Source: an uncultured Verrucomicrobiota bacterium (lineage in GTDB: Bacteria > Verrucomicrobiota > Kiritimatiellia > SLAD01). From it: DNA of 61,241 nt. The notes beneath the pieces are model-generated. The model made no database searches, had not been told where the DNA came from, and saw only the letters and a program-made list of their open reading frames with translations. Position numbers and translations under genes: made by a program. Shown piece after piece: positions 44,704 to 53,929 of the stretch; position 1 is the stretch's first letter; the number at the start of each line of letters is the position of its first letter. The stretch spans positions 1-61,241 of the forward strand of contig CAYRPR010000001.1 of assembly GCA_964425945.1 (NCBI GenBank). Reading direction: 5' to 3'.

Positions 44704-45936
44704 ATGAGTCCCGAATATGTTGCCCTGCGCGGCCGAGGGCTGTTGGTCATTGCCGTCACGTTGCTCCTGCCCTGGTTGATCCTTCTGTATATCCTCCAAC
44801 CCTGGGAGGGCCCGACCGTCAAGACCGTCAGGCGTCCGTTGGTGGTCGATGCACCCAAGCGATCGGCGGGTTCGTGGGGTGATATCGAATACACCCGCAT
44901 CACCATCGCGCCGCCGGATGAGTTCCTGCGCGAGATGCTTCCGGCGGGCGGCGCGAAGGAAACCACCTGGTTCATCACTGACATGACCGAGGAGACGTTC
45001 ACGGAGTTCGTCGATGGGTTGGACCTTACCGATTCGCAGCGCACCTGGTTGAAGGACTCATTGCAGACGGCGCCCCTTGTCAACGGATACAAGCTTCACC
45101 CGGACAGTGAATTTATCCGCACGCTTTCACCGTCCGCGCGGGCCGCGATTTATCATCGCCTCGGCGAAACCGAACTGAACATGGCCCAGGAGCGGGCCTA
45201 TCGGTTTTGCGGCGAGCCCGACGAATGGTTTGCCGATGCGACCCTGCCGGAGCCCATCATCGAACGGATGCAATCGATGGTCTATGAAAACGGCCGGTTC
45301 CGCTTCTTTGCCGATATCGACCTTTTGCTCCCGTTGCTCGAGACGCAGGCGCAGCGATTGGATCTGGTGAAACTGCTGGCGCGCGAATCGACGCTATTGA
45401 TGCGATTGCATATCAACGCGGATACGGATATCGATCAGCTTGTCGAGTACTGGGGCAAGGGCGGTCGCAGCAAGGATGTACGTCCGTTGCTGGAATCGTT
45501 GTCCAGACTGCCGGGCGAGCAGTACATTGACGTCGTGCATCTGCTTCCGCCCTTTGCGCGGCGACGCTTGTACACCTATCCTCACGTGATCGCCGATGGA
45601 AAGGCGCACATGCGCGATTGTCATTGGACATCGCTGAATTTCTTCAATGAAGTGCCCGACGAGCGTTTGACCGATCCGGATTTCCAGTTTAAGCGTTTGA
45701 CGAATGACTACTATCCCGTTTACGGGGACCACGAGCTGGGGGATCTGGTATTCTTCATGGCGGGCAGCAACCAGCTGTATCATACCGCCGTGTATATTGC
45801 CGATGATGTCTTGTTCACGAAGAATGGCGCGCTTCCCTCACGGCCCTGGATGCTCGTGCGCCTGGAGGACATGCAGGACTATTATCCCAAACACGATCCC
45901 ATCGAGGTCCATTATTTCCGCCGTAGAGGACGTTGA
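44704..45936 (+). CDS. Membrane-anchored protein with C-terminal NlpC/P60-like (papain-fold) domain
   Basis: N-terminal TM 'LLVIAVTLLLPWLILLYIL'. The C-terminal segment 'RDCHWTSLNFF...ELGDLVFFMAGSNQLYHTAVYIADDVLFTKNG' fits the Cys...GDLVFF...H pattern of NlpC/P60. Confidence 0.6.
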   Translation: MSPEYVALRGRGLLVIAVTLLLPWLILLYILQPWEGPTVKTVRRPLVVDAPKRSAGSWGDIEYTRITIAPPDEFLREMLPAGGAKETTWFITDMTEETFTEFVDGLDLTDSQRTWLKDSLQTAPLVNGYKLHPDSEFIRTLSPSARAAIYHRLGETELNMAQERAYRFCGEPDEWFADATLPEPIIERMQSMVYENGRFRFFADIDLLLPLLETQAQRLDLVKLLARESTLLMRLHINADTDIDQLVEYWGKGGRSKDVRPLLESLSRLPGEQYIDVVHLLPPFARRRLYTYPHVIADGKAHMRDCHWTSLNFFNEVPDERLTDPDFQFKRLTNDYYPVYGDHELGDLVFFMAGSNQLYHTAVYIADDVLFTKNGALPSRPWMLVRLEDMQDYYPKHDPIEVHYFRRRGR

Positions 45937-45997
45937 GGCCGCATCCGGGAGCGGCTTCGTCCTTTTCTTATCGTCGCCGGTGCTTTAATCTGCGGTC

Positions 45998-47377
45998 ATG
46001 TTGCATCTCAAGGTCCAGGCGTATATCCGGCAATGCGATCTGATCCAGCCCGGCGACGAGGTGGTGGTGGGGGTGTCGGGCGGAGCGGACTCGATAGCGC
46101 TGTCGCATATTCTGAGCCGGCTCTCCAAGCGCATGAAATTCGGGATCGTGATCGCCCACCTGAATCACCAGATTCGGGGAAAGGCGGCGGACGAGGACGA
46201 GGCGTTCGTCAAGGCCTGGGCGGAAACGTTGGGCGTGGAATTCCTTTGCGAACGGCGCGATGTCCCCAAATGGGCGAACGAGCAATCGATCTCCACCGAA
46301 ATGGCGGCGCGTGCGGCGCGGCATGAGTTCTTTCGCACCTGCGGGGGCGAGGCGGTCGCCGTGGCGCATACGGCCGACGACCAGGCGGAGACGGTCCTGA
46401 TGCGTTTTCTTCGCGGAAGCGGCGCGCGGGGACTGGGCGGCATGTTGCCGGTGGCCACGTTGCGGGGCCTGAAGATCATCCGGCCCCTGCTGGGCTCATC
46501 GCGCGCCGGGGTGGAGGAATACCTGCGCCGGGAGAATATCCCCTGGCGCGAAGACGCGTCCAATCGCGATCCAAAGCATGTGCGCAACAGGGTCCGACAC
46601 ACCCTGCTGCCGTTGCTGGAAAAGGAGTTCAATCCCGCCATCCGCGAGACGCTGCGCCGGACGGCCGCCGTGCTGGGGGATGAGGATCGGATCCTGGCGG
46701 AATGGGCCGTTCAATCGGCGGACATTGATAAATCTTATCAATTGCGACTGAACCATTGGCGGGCCGTACCCATGGCGCTTCAGCGCCGGATCCTGATGGG
46801 GTGGCTTGAGGGGCGGGGGTATCCGCCGGAACACATCGATTTCGATCTCGTCCAGCGGGCATTGCGGCTCATGGACGACCTGTGCGGGACCGAGCGCCTG
46901 ACGTTGGAAAACGGCTGGGTCCTCGTGCGACGATATCGCCATCTGCAGTTGATCCGTGAAACCGAGGACGCCGCATCATTCGCCCAGATCCTGCTCGTAC
47001 CCGGCACGACGGAGATGCCGCGCGAGGGATGGCGTATCTCGACGAAGTGGTCAAAGGGCATTCTCAAGACGCGCCCCACGACCCCCGGTCGCATCCCCGC
47101 AACGGCATCGATCAGCGCGGCCAAAGTGGGGCGGGCGGCTATCGTGGTGCGATCCTGGCGGGATGGGGACCGGATGAAACCATACGGTCTTCGTGGCTCA
47201 AAAAAACTGCAGGATATCTTCGTGGACGCCAAGATCCCTCGCGACACGCGACACACCATCCCCGTCTTCGAATGCCGCAAGGAGATCATCTGGATTCCCG
47301 GGTATCGGATAGCCCGCGATTGGGCGCTGAAGAGCGAGTCGGAACCGGCTCTCCACCTGCGTATCCGCAGGGCGTGA
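45998..47377 (+). CDS. tilS: tRNA(Ile)-lysidine synthetase
   Basis: PP-loop 'GVSGGADS' and 'AHLNHQIRG'. Confidence 0.9.
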   Translation: MLHLKVQAYIRQCDLIQPGDEVVVGVSGGADSIALSHILSRLSKRMKFGIVIAHLNHQIRGKAADEDEAFVKAWAETLGVEFLCERRDVPKWANEQSISTEMAARAARHEFFRTCGGEAVAVAHTADDQAETVLMRFLRGSGARGLGGMLPVATLRGLKIIRPLLGSSRAGVEEYLRRENIPWREDASNRDPKHVRNRVRHTLLPLLEKEFNPAIRETLRRTAAVLGDEDRILAEWAVQSADIDKSYQLRLNHWRAVPMALQRRILMGWLEGRGYPPEHIDFDLVQRALRLMDDLCGTERLTLENGWVLVRRYRHLQLIRETEDAASFAQILLVPGTTEMPREGWRISTKWSKGILKTRPTTPGRIPATASISAAKVGRAAIVVRSWRDGDRMKPYGLRGSKKLQDIFVDAKIPRDTRHTIPVFECRKEIIWIPGYRIARDWALKSESEPALHLRIRRA

Positions 47378-47528
47378 ACGGGTTTGCATTTCGGTGGTTT
47401 ACGGGTAAACTGCTTGACATAATGCATTGCATTGGCGGTTTCCCGGTGGTAACGTGCGACGGATTACGAAAAAACCTCGATGCCGCAGCGGCGATTCTTC
47501 TGTTTAACCGCTTCCAAGCCAGATAGTT

Positions 47529-49556
47529 GTGAGCAAGATGGATAGGAAGATAAAGAGTGATAACGGGGAGCCGTCCCCGGGGCCCCAGCGCTTTCCCATG
47601 CGAGGCATGGTGATGTGGATGTTGCTGCTGGCGATGACCATCACCATGTACCAGGTCTTTTCGCAGAATCCCGATAAGCCGACCCGCATGCCGTACAACC
47701 CGAATTTCATCCAGAAAGTCGAGCGGAAGGAGATTCGCAAGGCCGAAATCGTGATGGAGGTTTCGGGCCAGCAGTATATTCAGGGCGAGCTGACCGATCT
47801 GGATCCCAAGACGGGGCGCCACCAGCGTTTCCGCGTGGAGGTACCGGTTACGGACCGTCTGCTCGAGAGACTGGATGAGCACGGCGTCCAGTATGAGTTC
47901 AAATCCCAGAATCCGTATCTGTGGCAGTTGGTTTCGGGCGCGCTGCCGTTTCTGCTGGTGCTGGGCTTGTTGTATTTCTTTTTTGTCCGCCAGATGCGCA
48001 TCGCGGGCAAGGGCGCCATGAGTTTCGGAAAGAGCCGCGCGCGATTGTTGACGCGGGACAAGAACAAGATCACGTTCGGCGAGGTGGCCGGCATCGAAGA
48101 GGCGAAAGAGGAGGTCGAGGAGATCATCGATTTCCTTAAAGACCCCAAGAAATTCCAGAAGCTGGGCGGCCGGATTCCGAAAGGGGTTCTGCTGGTGGGG
48201 CCCCCGGGTACGGGCAAGACGCTGCTGGCCAAGGCCATCGCGGGCGAGGCCGAAGTGCCGTTCTTCAGCATCAGCGGATCCGATTTCGTCGAGATGTTTG
48301 TCGGCGTGGGCGCGTCGCGCGTGCGGGACATGTTCGAGCAGGGCAAGAAGAATGCGCCGTGCATCATTTTCATCGATGAAATCGATGCCGTGGGCCGGAG
48401 CCGTTTCAGCGGGATCGGCGGCGGCCACGATGAGCGCGAGCAGACGCTGAACGCCCTGCTGGTCGAAATGGACGGATTCGATACGCAGGAGGGCGTGATC
48501 ATCATCGCGGCGACGAACCGGCCGGACGTGTTGGACCCGGCCTTGCTGCGCCCGGGCCGTTTCGACCGGCAGATCATCATCGACCTGCCCACACTGGAAG
48601 GCCGCGAAGCGATTCTCAAGATTCATTCCAAGCGCATCAAGCTCGAGCCGGCCGTCGAGTTGCGTCGCGTGGCGCGCGGGACGCCGGGCTTCTCCGGAGC
48701 CGATCTCGCGAATCTTATCAACGAGGCCGCCTTGCTGGCGGCGCGGCGCAACGCGGATGCCGTTTCGATGCCCGATCTGGAAGAGGCGCGCGACAAGGTG
48801 CGCTGGGGCCGCGAGCGGCGCAGTCGGCTGATGGATGATCATGAGAAGCGGCTGACGGCGTATCACGAGGGCGGGCACGCGCTGGTCATGCTGTTGACCG
48901 AGGGCAGTGAACCCCTGCACAAGGTGACGATCATCCCGCGCGGTCAGTCACTGGGATCAACCATGCAGCTGCCGGAAAAGGACCGTTACACGGAAAGTCG
49001 GCATAAATTGCTGGGCATGCTCGCCGGCATCATGGGCGGGCGGGCGGCCGAGGAACTGGTATTCGGCGACATCACGACGGGCGCCTACAGCGATTTGAAG
49101 CAGGCGACCAAGATCGCGCGGGCCATGGTCTGTGAGTGGGGCATGAGCCCGATTCTCGGTCCGCAAAGCTTCGGCAACCGCGAGGAGATGCTCTTCATGG
49201 GCCGCGAGGTATCGCGGAACAATGAGTACAGCGAGGAAACCGCGCGGAAGATCGATGAAGAAGTCAACCGCCTCCTCCGCGAGGCGTATGACCGGGCATC
49301 GGATATTCTCAAGAGCCATCGGAAGGAATTGGATTTGATGGTCGATCAATTGCTCGAACGCGAAACACTCGACGGCCGGGAGGTCGAGGAGCTGGTCAAG
49401 CATGGCCGGCTGCTGTCCGAAGTGGAACGAGCCGAAGCGGAGGGCGGAGCCGAGGACCGGCCTCAGGCTCCGGCCGAGTCGCCCTCAAAAGTCCGTCCGT
49501 CGCCGGTGTCCGCGCCGACCATCACCGCACCCAAGACCGGACCTTCGGTCGCCTGA
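47529..49556 (+). CDS. ftsH: ATP-dependent zinc metalloprotease FtsH
   Basis: Walker A 'GPPGTGKT', the SRH region, and zinc site 'HEGGHA'. Starts at GTG 47529, or ATG 47538. Confidence 0.97.
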   Translation: MSKMDRKIKSDNGEPSPGPQRFPMRGMVMWMLLLAMTITMYQVFSQNPDKPTRMPYNPNFIQKVERKEIRKAEIVMEVSGQQYIQGELTDLDPKTGRHQRFRVEVPVTDRLLERLDEHGVQYEFKSQNPYLWQLVSGALPFLLVLGLLYFFFVRQMRIAGKGAMSFGKSRARLLTRDKNKITFGEVAGIEEAKEEVEEIIDFLKDPKKFQKLGGRIPKGVLLVGPPGTGKTLLAKAIAGEAEVPFFSISGSDFVEMFVGVGASRVRDMFEQGKKNAPCIIFIDEIDAVGRSRFSGIGGGHDEREQTLNALLVEMDGFDTQEGVIIIAATNRPDVLDPALLRPGRFDRQIIIDLPTLEGREAILKIHSKRIKLEPAVELRRVARGTPGFSGADLANLINEAALLAARRNADAVSMPDLEEARDKVRWGRERRSRLMDDHEKRLTAYHEGGHALVMLLTEGSEPLHKVTIIPRGQSLGSTMQLPEKDRYTESRHKLLGMLAGIMGGRAAEELVFGDITTGAYSDLKQATKIARAMVCEWGMSPILGPQSFGNREEMLFMGREVSRNNEYSEETARKIDEEVNRLLREAYDRASDILKSHRKELDLMVDQLLERETLDGREVEELVKHGRLLSEVERAEAEGGAEDRPQAPAESPSKVRPSPVSAPTITAPKTGPSVA

Positions 49557-49565
49557 CGTACGGTC

Positions 49566-50432
49566 ATGGAACGGCCCGGTCAGGCTCAACTGCAATGGCG
49601 ATGCCGGGACCGGTTATTCTCGCTTGGCAAGCGCACCCTCATCATGGGCGTGCTCAACGTGACGCCCGATTCCTTTTCGGACGGTGGCGCCTATATCGAT
49701 CCCGACAGGGCCATTCGTCGCGCCTTCGAGATGCTGGATGAAGGGGCGGATATCATTGATGTCGGGGGTGAATCCTCCCGCCCGGGGTCCGAACGGGTGT
49801 CGTTGGCGGAGGAACTCCGGCGTGTTATCCCGGTGGTCAGCGCGCTTGCGCAGGCGGGCAGAGGAGCCATTTCTGTGGATACCATGAAGGCGGACGTGGC
49901 GCGCCGGTCCCTCGATGCCGGGGCTCATATCATCAACGATATCACCGGTCTGACCCATGATCCGGCCATGGTCGAGGTGGTTCGGGCGGCTGGGGCCGGT
50001 GTCGTCATCATGCACATGCAGGGCGAACCGCGGACGATGCAACTCCGTCCGGCGTATGCAGATGTGACCCGGGAGGTGGTCGCCTACCTGCGCGATCGTC
50101 TGGCGGTAGCGGTGCGCCACGGCGTGGACGCGACCTCTGTCGCGCTGGATCCCGGCATCGGATTCGGGAAGACGGTCGAGCACAACCTCCAGTTGCTTCG
50201 CGATCTGCCCCTCCTGCTCGAGCTGGGACGACCGATCCTGGTCGGAATATCCCGCAAAAGCTTTCTCGGCGCCATAACCGGTCGCGAGAATCCATCGGAC
50301 CGGTTGGCGTCGGGTGTCGCGGCGATGGCCGTCGCGCGTATGAACGGGGCGCATATCGTGCGTGTCCATGACGTAAAGGAAGCTTGCGACGGCGCGCGCG
50401 TTGTGGATAGAATAACACGAGTGGAAGCCTGA
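49566..50432 (+). CDS. folP: Dihydropteroate synthase
   Basis: 'GVLNVTPDSFSDGG' and 'DVGGESSRPG'. Confidence 0.95.
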   Translation: MERPGQAQLQWRCRDRLFSLGKRTLIMGVLNVTPDSFSDGGAYIDPDRAIRRAFEMLDEGADIIDVGGESSRPGSERVSLAEELRRVIPVVSALAQAGRGAISVDTMKADVARRSLDAGAHIINDITGLTHDPAMVEVVRAAGAGVVIMHMQGEPRTMQLRPAYADVTREVVAYLRDRLAVAVRHGVDATSVALDPGIGFGKTVEHNLQLLRDLPLLLELGRPILVGISRKSFLGAITGRENPSDRLASGVAAMAVARMNGAHIVRVHDVKEACDGARVVDRITRVEA

Positions 50433-50433
50433 C

Positions 50434-51303
50434 ATGCCGATGACCGATCTAACGCATCTGCCGGACGTAGCCGGGATCCTTGAGATCGCGGTGCTCGCGG
50501 TCGCTTTCTACTACATCATCAACTTCTTCCGGGGCACGCGCGGCGCCGCCGTGCTGTCCGGTCTGGTGGTCCTCCTGATCCTGATGATCGTGGTCACGCA
50601 TTTTTTCAGCCTGAACACCTTGAGCTGGATTCTCCAGCGCTTCTCGGTGTACCTGGCGGTGGCGCTGGTCGTGATCTTCCAGCCTGAAATCCGGCGCGCC
50701 CTGGCGGAGCTGGGCAAGCAGCCGGTGTTCAATGCCAACGTCGCGGAGCGGGGCGTCGTCGAGGACGTGGTCAAGGCGGTCATGACGTTGTCGGAGCGGA
50801 AAATCGGCGCGTTAATCGCGATCGAGCGCGAAATCGGAACGCGTCACATTCAGGAATCGGGTACGCGGATTGACAGCCAGGTCTCGCCGGAACTCCTGGT
50901 CACCCTGTTTTTCCCGCACACGCCCCTGCACGATGGCGGTGTGATCATCCGCGAGGATCGGGTGCTGGCGGCGGGCTGTTTCTTTCCGCTGTCCCAACGG
51001 GAGGAGTTGAGCAAATCCCTCGGCACACGGCATCGAGCCGCGATCGGGTTCACCGAGGAAACCGATGCCGTTGCGGTGGTGGTGTCGGAGGAAACGGGCA
51101 ACATATCGGTCGCGTACAAGGGGCGCCTGAGTCGCGGATTGGACGATGAGCGTCTCCGTCGGATCCTGGCCACCATTTTGCTCCGCCCGCAGAAGCCGCA
51201 GAGTTCCCTGACGCGCGTACAGCAGAAACTCGATCTGACACCCGAGGCCGTGGCGAAGACCGAGGCGATGACCAAGACCGAGGTTATGACGGACGCATCA
51301 TGA
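50434..51303 (+). CDS. cdaA: Diadenylate cyclase CdaA (membrane DAC-domain protein)
   Basis: Three N-terminal TM helices. DAC motifs 'LHDGGVII' (DGA-type) and 'GTRHRAAIG' (RHR). Confidence 0.9.
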   Translation: MPMTDLTHLPDVAGILEIAVLAVAFYYIINFFRGTRGAAVLSGLVVLLILMIVVTHFFSLNTLSWILQRFSVYLAVALVVIFQPEIRRALAELGKQPVFNANVAERGVVEDVVKAVMTLSERKIGALIAIEREIGTRHIQESGTRIDSQVSPELLVTLFFPHTPLHDGGVIIREDRVLAAGCFFPLSQREELSKSLGTRHRAAIGFTEETDAVAVVVSEETGNISVAYKGRLSRGLDDERLRRILATILLRPQKPQSSLTRVQQKLDLTPEAVAKTEAMTKTEVMTDAS

Positions 51304-52247
51304 AAGATCGTTTCATCCGAATTCAGCGAGCGGTTGCAAACAACAAGTATACCAAGCTGATTGCGCTCGTGCTGGCTGTGATCACCTGGTATGCCGTACA
51401 GCCGGCCATCAGCTTTGAAACCGTCGTCAGCGATGTCCCGGTGCGCATCCAGGTGGATCCGGGGTGGGCGGTGCTGGAACAATCGGTCGCGGCGGTGGAC
51501 GTACATTTCCGGGGCTCGCGTGAGGCCATTCGCTTCCTGTCCATCGAACAGCCGGAAGTGAGCTTGGATGTCCGGGGCCTGCAATATGGGGACTCGTTGA
51601 CGATGCCGATCCCATTGAAGAATGTGCGGGCGCCGGGCGGCGCCCGGCCGGTGTATCTTCGGCCGGGTGAGGTGGTGCTGACGATCGATCAGGAGAGCGA
51701 GAAGGTCGTACCGGTCAAGGCGAACGTGCAAGGCAGCCCGCCCGACGGAATCGAGGTGGAACGGACGGTAACCACGCCGGCGGTGGTATCGATCAGCGGT
51801 CCGCGTCAACGGCTGGAAACCGTCGATTCCGTTCGTACAATGCCGATCGATCTGGAAGGGCGTCTGCAATCGTTCAAGGCGCGTGTGGCCGTCGTGTCGC
51901 CGAGCAAGACCTGGGTGGCGCGCATGGAGCCGGAACGCGTGGACGTGGAAGTGGTGCTGGTGGAGCGGTCCGCCAGCGCGGAATGGAAGGATATCGCCGT
52001 GCGCGCCATGGTGTCGCCGGGCAAGCATCCGCATGCGGAGATCACGCCGACCCGCGTTAATGTCGTGCTGAAGGGGCGCGCGGAACTGCTTGACGCCCTG
52101 GAGACGGATGCGATTCAGGCGTTTGTCGATTGTTCCCGGATCGATGCGGATACCCGGTATGATCTGCCGGTCACATTGCATCTTCCCCCGCGGATAACCG
52201 CGGAGGCCATTGAACCGCCGGTTGTCTCCGTGATCATGCGGGATTGA
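51300..52247 (+). CDS. cdaR: CdaR-like YbbR-repeat regulator of CdaA
   Basis: ATGA overlap with cdaA, an N-terminal TM helix, and repeated YbbR-like beta modules. Confidence 0.7.
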   Translation: MKDRFIRIQRAVANNKYTKLIALVLAVITWYAVQPAISFETVVSDVPVRIQVDPGWAVLEQSVAAVDVHFRGSREAIRFLSIEQPEVSLDVRGLQYGDSLTMPIPLKNVRAPGGARPVYLRPGEVVLTIDQESEKVVPVKANVQGSPPDGIEVERTVTTPAVVSISGPRQRLETVDSVRTMPIDLEGRLQSFKARVAVVSPSKTWVARMEPERVDVEVVLVERSASAEWKDIAVRAMVSPGKHPHAEITPTRVNVVLKGRAELLDALETDAIQAFVDCSRIDADTRYDLPVTLHLPPRITAEAIEPPVVSVIMRD

Positions 52248-52270
52248 CGGGCTGAAAAGGGCTTCAGTTA

Positions 52271-52927
52271 ATGCAGGAACGCTTCTATACGATGGTCATG
52301 GTGCTCGCTTTGCTGGGTGTGTGGGCGCCGACCGCCGTCGCGGAGAACCAGCCGGCGGATAGCGGCGCCGGTAGCACGCCGGCGGCAAGCCCGGGCGCGC
52401 CGCCGACCAGTGACCAGATCCAACGCATGCTGGGCGAAGCCTATGAACACATGCGCGCGAAGGATCACGTCAAGGCCATACGTGGATTCCGTGATGTGCT
52501 CGAGATCGCCCCGCGCAGCAAGGAAGCCCGGTTCGGACTGGGTACGGCCCTCATTCAATTGAAGCGATACCGCGACGCCCTGCTGCTGCTCGAGCAACTG
52601 AAGGACGAGTTCCCGCAGGATTATTTCATCCGGAACAATATGGCCTGGCTCTACGCGACGGCATCGGATCATACGGTGCGCGATGGACCGCGCGCCGTGG
52701 CCCTGGCTCAGGAGGCCCTGCTGATCGAGCCGAACGACTTCCACGTGTGGAGCACGCTTTCAGAGGCTCACTACATATCGGGTGATTACGAGAAGGCTTT
52801 TCGCGCGGCCGAACAGGCCCTGCGGCTGGCGCGGCGGAACCGCGCCGATCCGCAACGCGTGCGGGAATACGAGCGGCAGGCGGATAAATGCCGCCGGGCG
52901 GCCCAGGCGCTGACGATTCTCGAGTGA
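52271..52927 (+). CDS. Exported TPR protein
   Basis: Signal peptide plus 4-5 TPR motifs. Confidence 0.7.
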   Translation: MQERFYTMVMVLALLGVWAPTAVAENQPADSGAGSTPAASPGAPPTSDQIQRMLGEAYEHMRAKDHVKAIRGFRDVLEIAPRSKEARFGLGTALIQLKRYRDALLLLEQLKDEFPQDYFIRNNMAWLYATASDHTVRDGPRAVALAQEALLIEPNDFHVWSTLSEAHYISGDYEKAFRAAEQALRLARRNRADPQRVREYERQADKCRRAAQALTILE

Positions 52928-52933
52928 CGGAAA

Positions 52934-53731
52934 TCAATCTTCATCGGACACGGCCGGCCGTGTCGGATACTGCCCGCGTTTGGCGTTCTCGATGATGGCC
53001 TTCGTGTCAGCCCGGAAATCGCCTTTGAGGATCCAGTCGAGATACTTGGAGTCATCCTTCACCAGGTCGACCAGCTTCTTGCCCTGTTTCTGGCCGAAGT
53101 TGATGACGAGATCGTCTCCGACCCACTTCAGTTTGCCGTCCTGATCCGCCCACGACGGGTCGCGCGGGTTGCAGAACGCGTCCAAGCCGGCCAGATCGCG
53201 CGGCAGGTCGTCATACCGCTCCAATTGCGCTTCCAGGACGCGGGTCGTGGCCACCACGTCCTCCATGGCGCCGTGCGCTCCGAGATGGAGTTCGCCGCAA
53301 TAGTAGCGCAGGGCGGCCGTGAGATCCCGCGGCTCCTTCTTGTGATAGATGCGCTGGGCGTCGACGACGCGACGGCCTTCCGTGCTGAACGGCACGCCGG
53401 CCCGGGCGAATTCCTCGCAAAGCATCGGAATGTCGTAATACAGTATGTTGAAGCCGCCCAGATCGCAGCCCTCAAGCAGTTTTGCGATCTGCGGGGCCTG
53501 TTGCTTGAATGTCGGGGCGCCGGCCACATCCGCATCGGTGATGCCGTGAACGGCGGTGGCTTCCCGCGGAATGGGCACGCCGGGATTCACACGATAGGCA
53601 TGCTCCTCCCGCTTGCCGTCGGGCCGGAGAATCAGAATGGCGAGATCGATGATGCGATCGACCTTCCGATTGACACCCGTGGCTTCGATATCGAAAATGG
53701 CCAAAGGCCGTTCAAGCTTCCAGATAGACAT
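52934..53731 (-). CDS. DEDDh 3'-5' exonuclease with C-terminal DUF3820-like extension
   Basis: ExoI 'FDIEATG', ExoIII 'HGAMEDV', and C-terminal 'YLDWILKGDF'. Start set at MSIWKL (53731); the longer track ORF to 54541 is antisense to the next gene. Confidence 0.8.
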   Translation of the reverse strand: MSIWKLERPLAIFDIEATGVNRKVDRIIDLAILILRPDGKREEHAYRVNPGVPIPREATAVHGITDADVAGAPTFKQQAPQIAKLLEGCDLGGFNILYYDIPMLCEEFARAGVPFSTEGRRVVDAQRIYHKKEPRDLTAALRYYCGELHLGAHGAMEDVVATTRVLEAQLERYDDLPRDLAGLDAFCNPRDPSWADQDGKLKWVGDDLVINFGQKQGKKLVDLVKDDSKYLDWILKGDFRADTKAIIENAKRGQYPTRPAVSDED

Positions 53732-53929
53732 ATCCCCAGCATATAGAGGGGAGATGCGGGATACAATGCTCAAGATGGATGGACGTTCCATTCCGACTGC
53801 AGTGAGGCGCGGGCAATGTGGAAGCGGCGTCCCGCCGCTTGATCGCGTCATCCGGTCTGTCGAAAGCGGCAGGATGCCGCTTCTACACGCTCGACATGAC
53901 TCCATGATTCCGGCATAAAATTCATACGG

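Noticed and set aside
24052-45936. A T6SS/Rhs, CDI (two-partner secretion) or RTX/T1SS polymorphic-toxin locus.
   Set aside because: No VgrG, PAAR, Hcp, Rhs/YD repeats, TpsB/CdiB transporter, haemagglutinin repeats, ABC/MFP exporter or GGxGxD nonapeptide arrays were recognised. The variable part is N-terminal, not C-terminal.
47378-47528. A TTGACA hexamer upstream of ftsH as a promoter.
   Set aside because: No acceptable -10 hexamer lies at 16-18-nt spacing. Promoter consensus in this lineage is unknown to me, so it is not reported as a feature.
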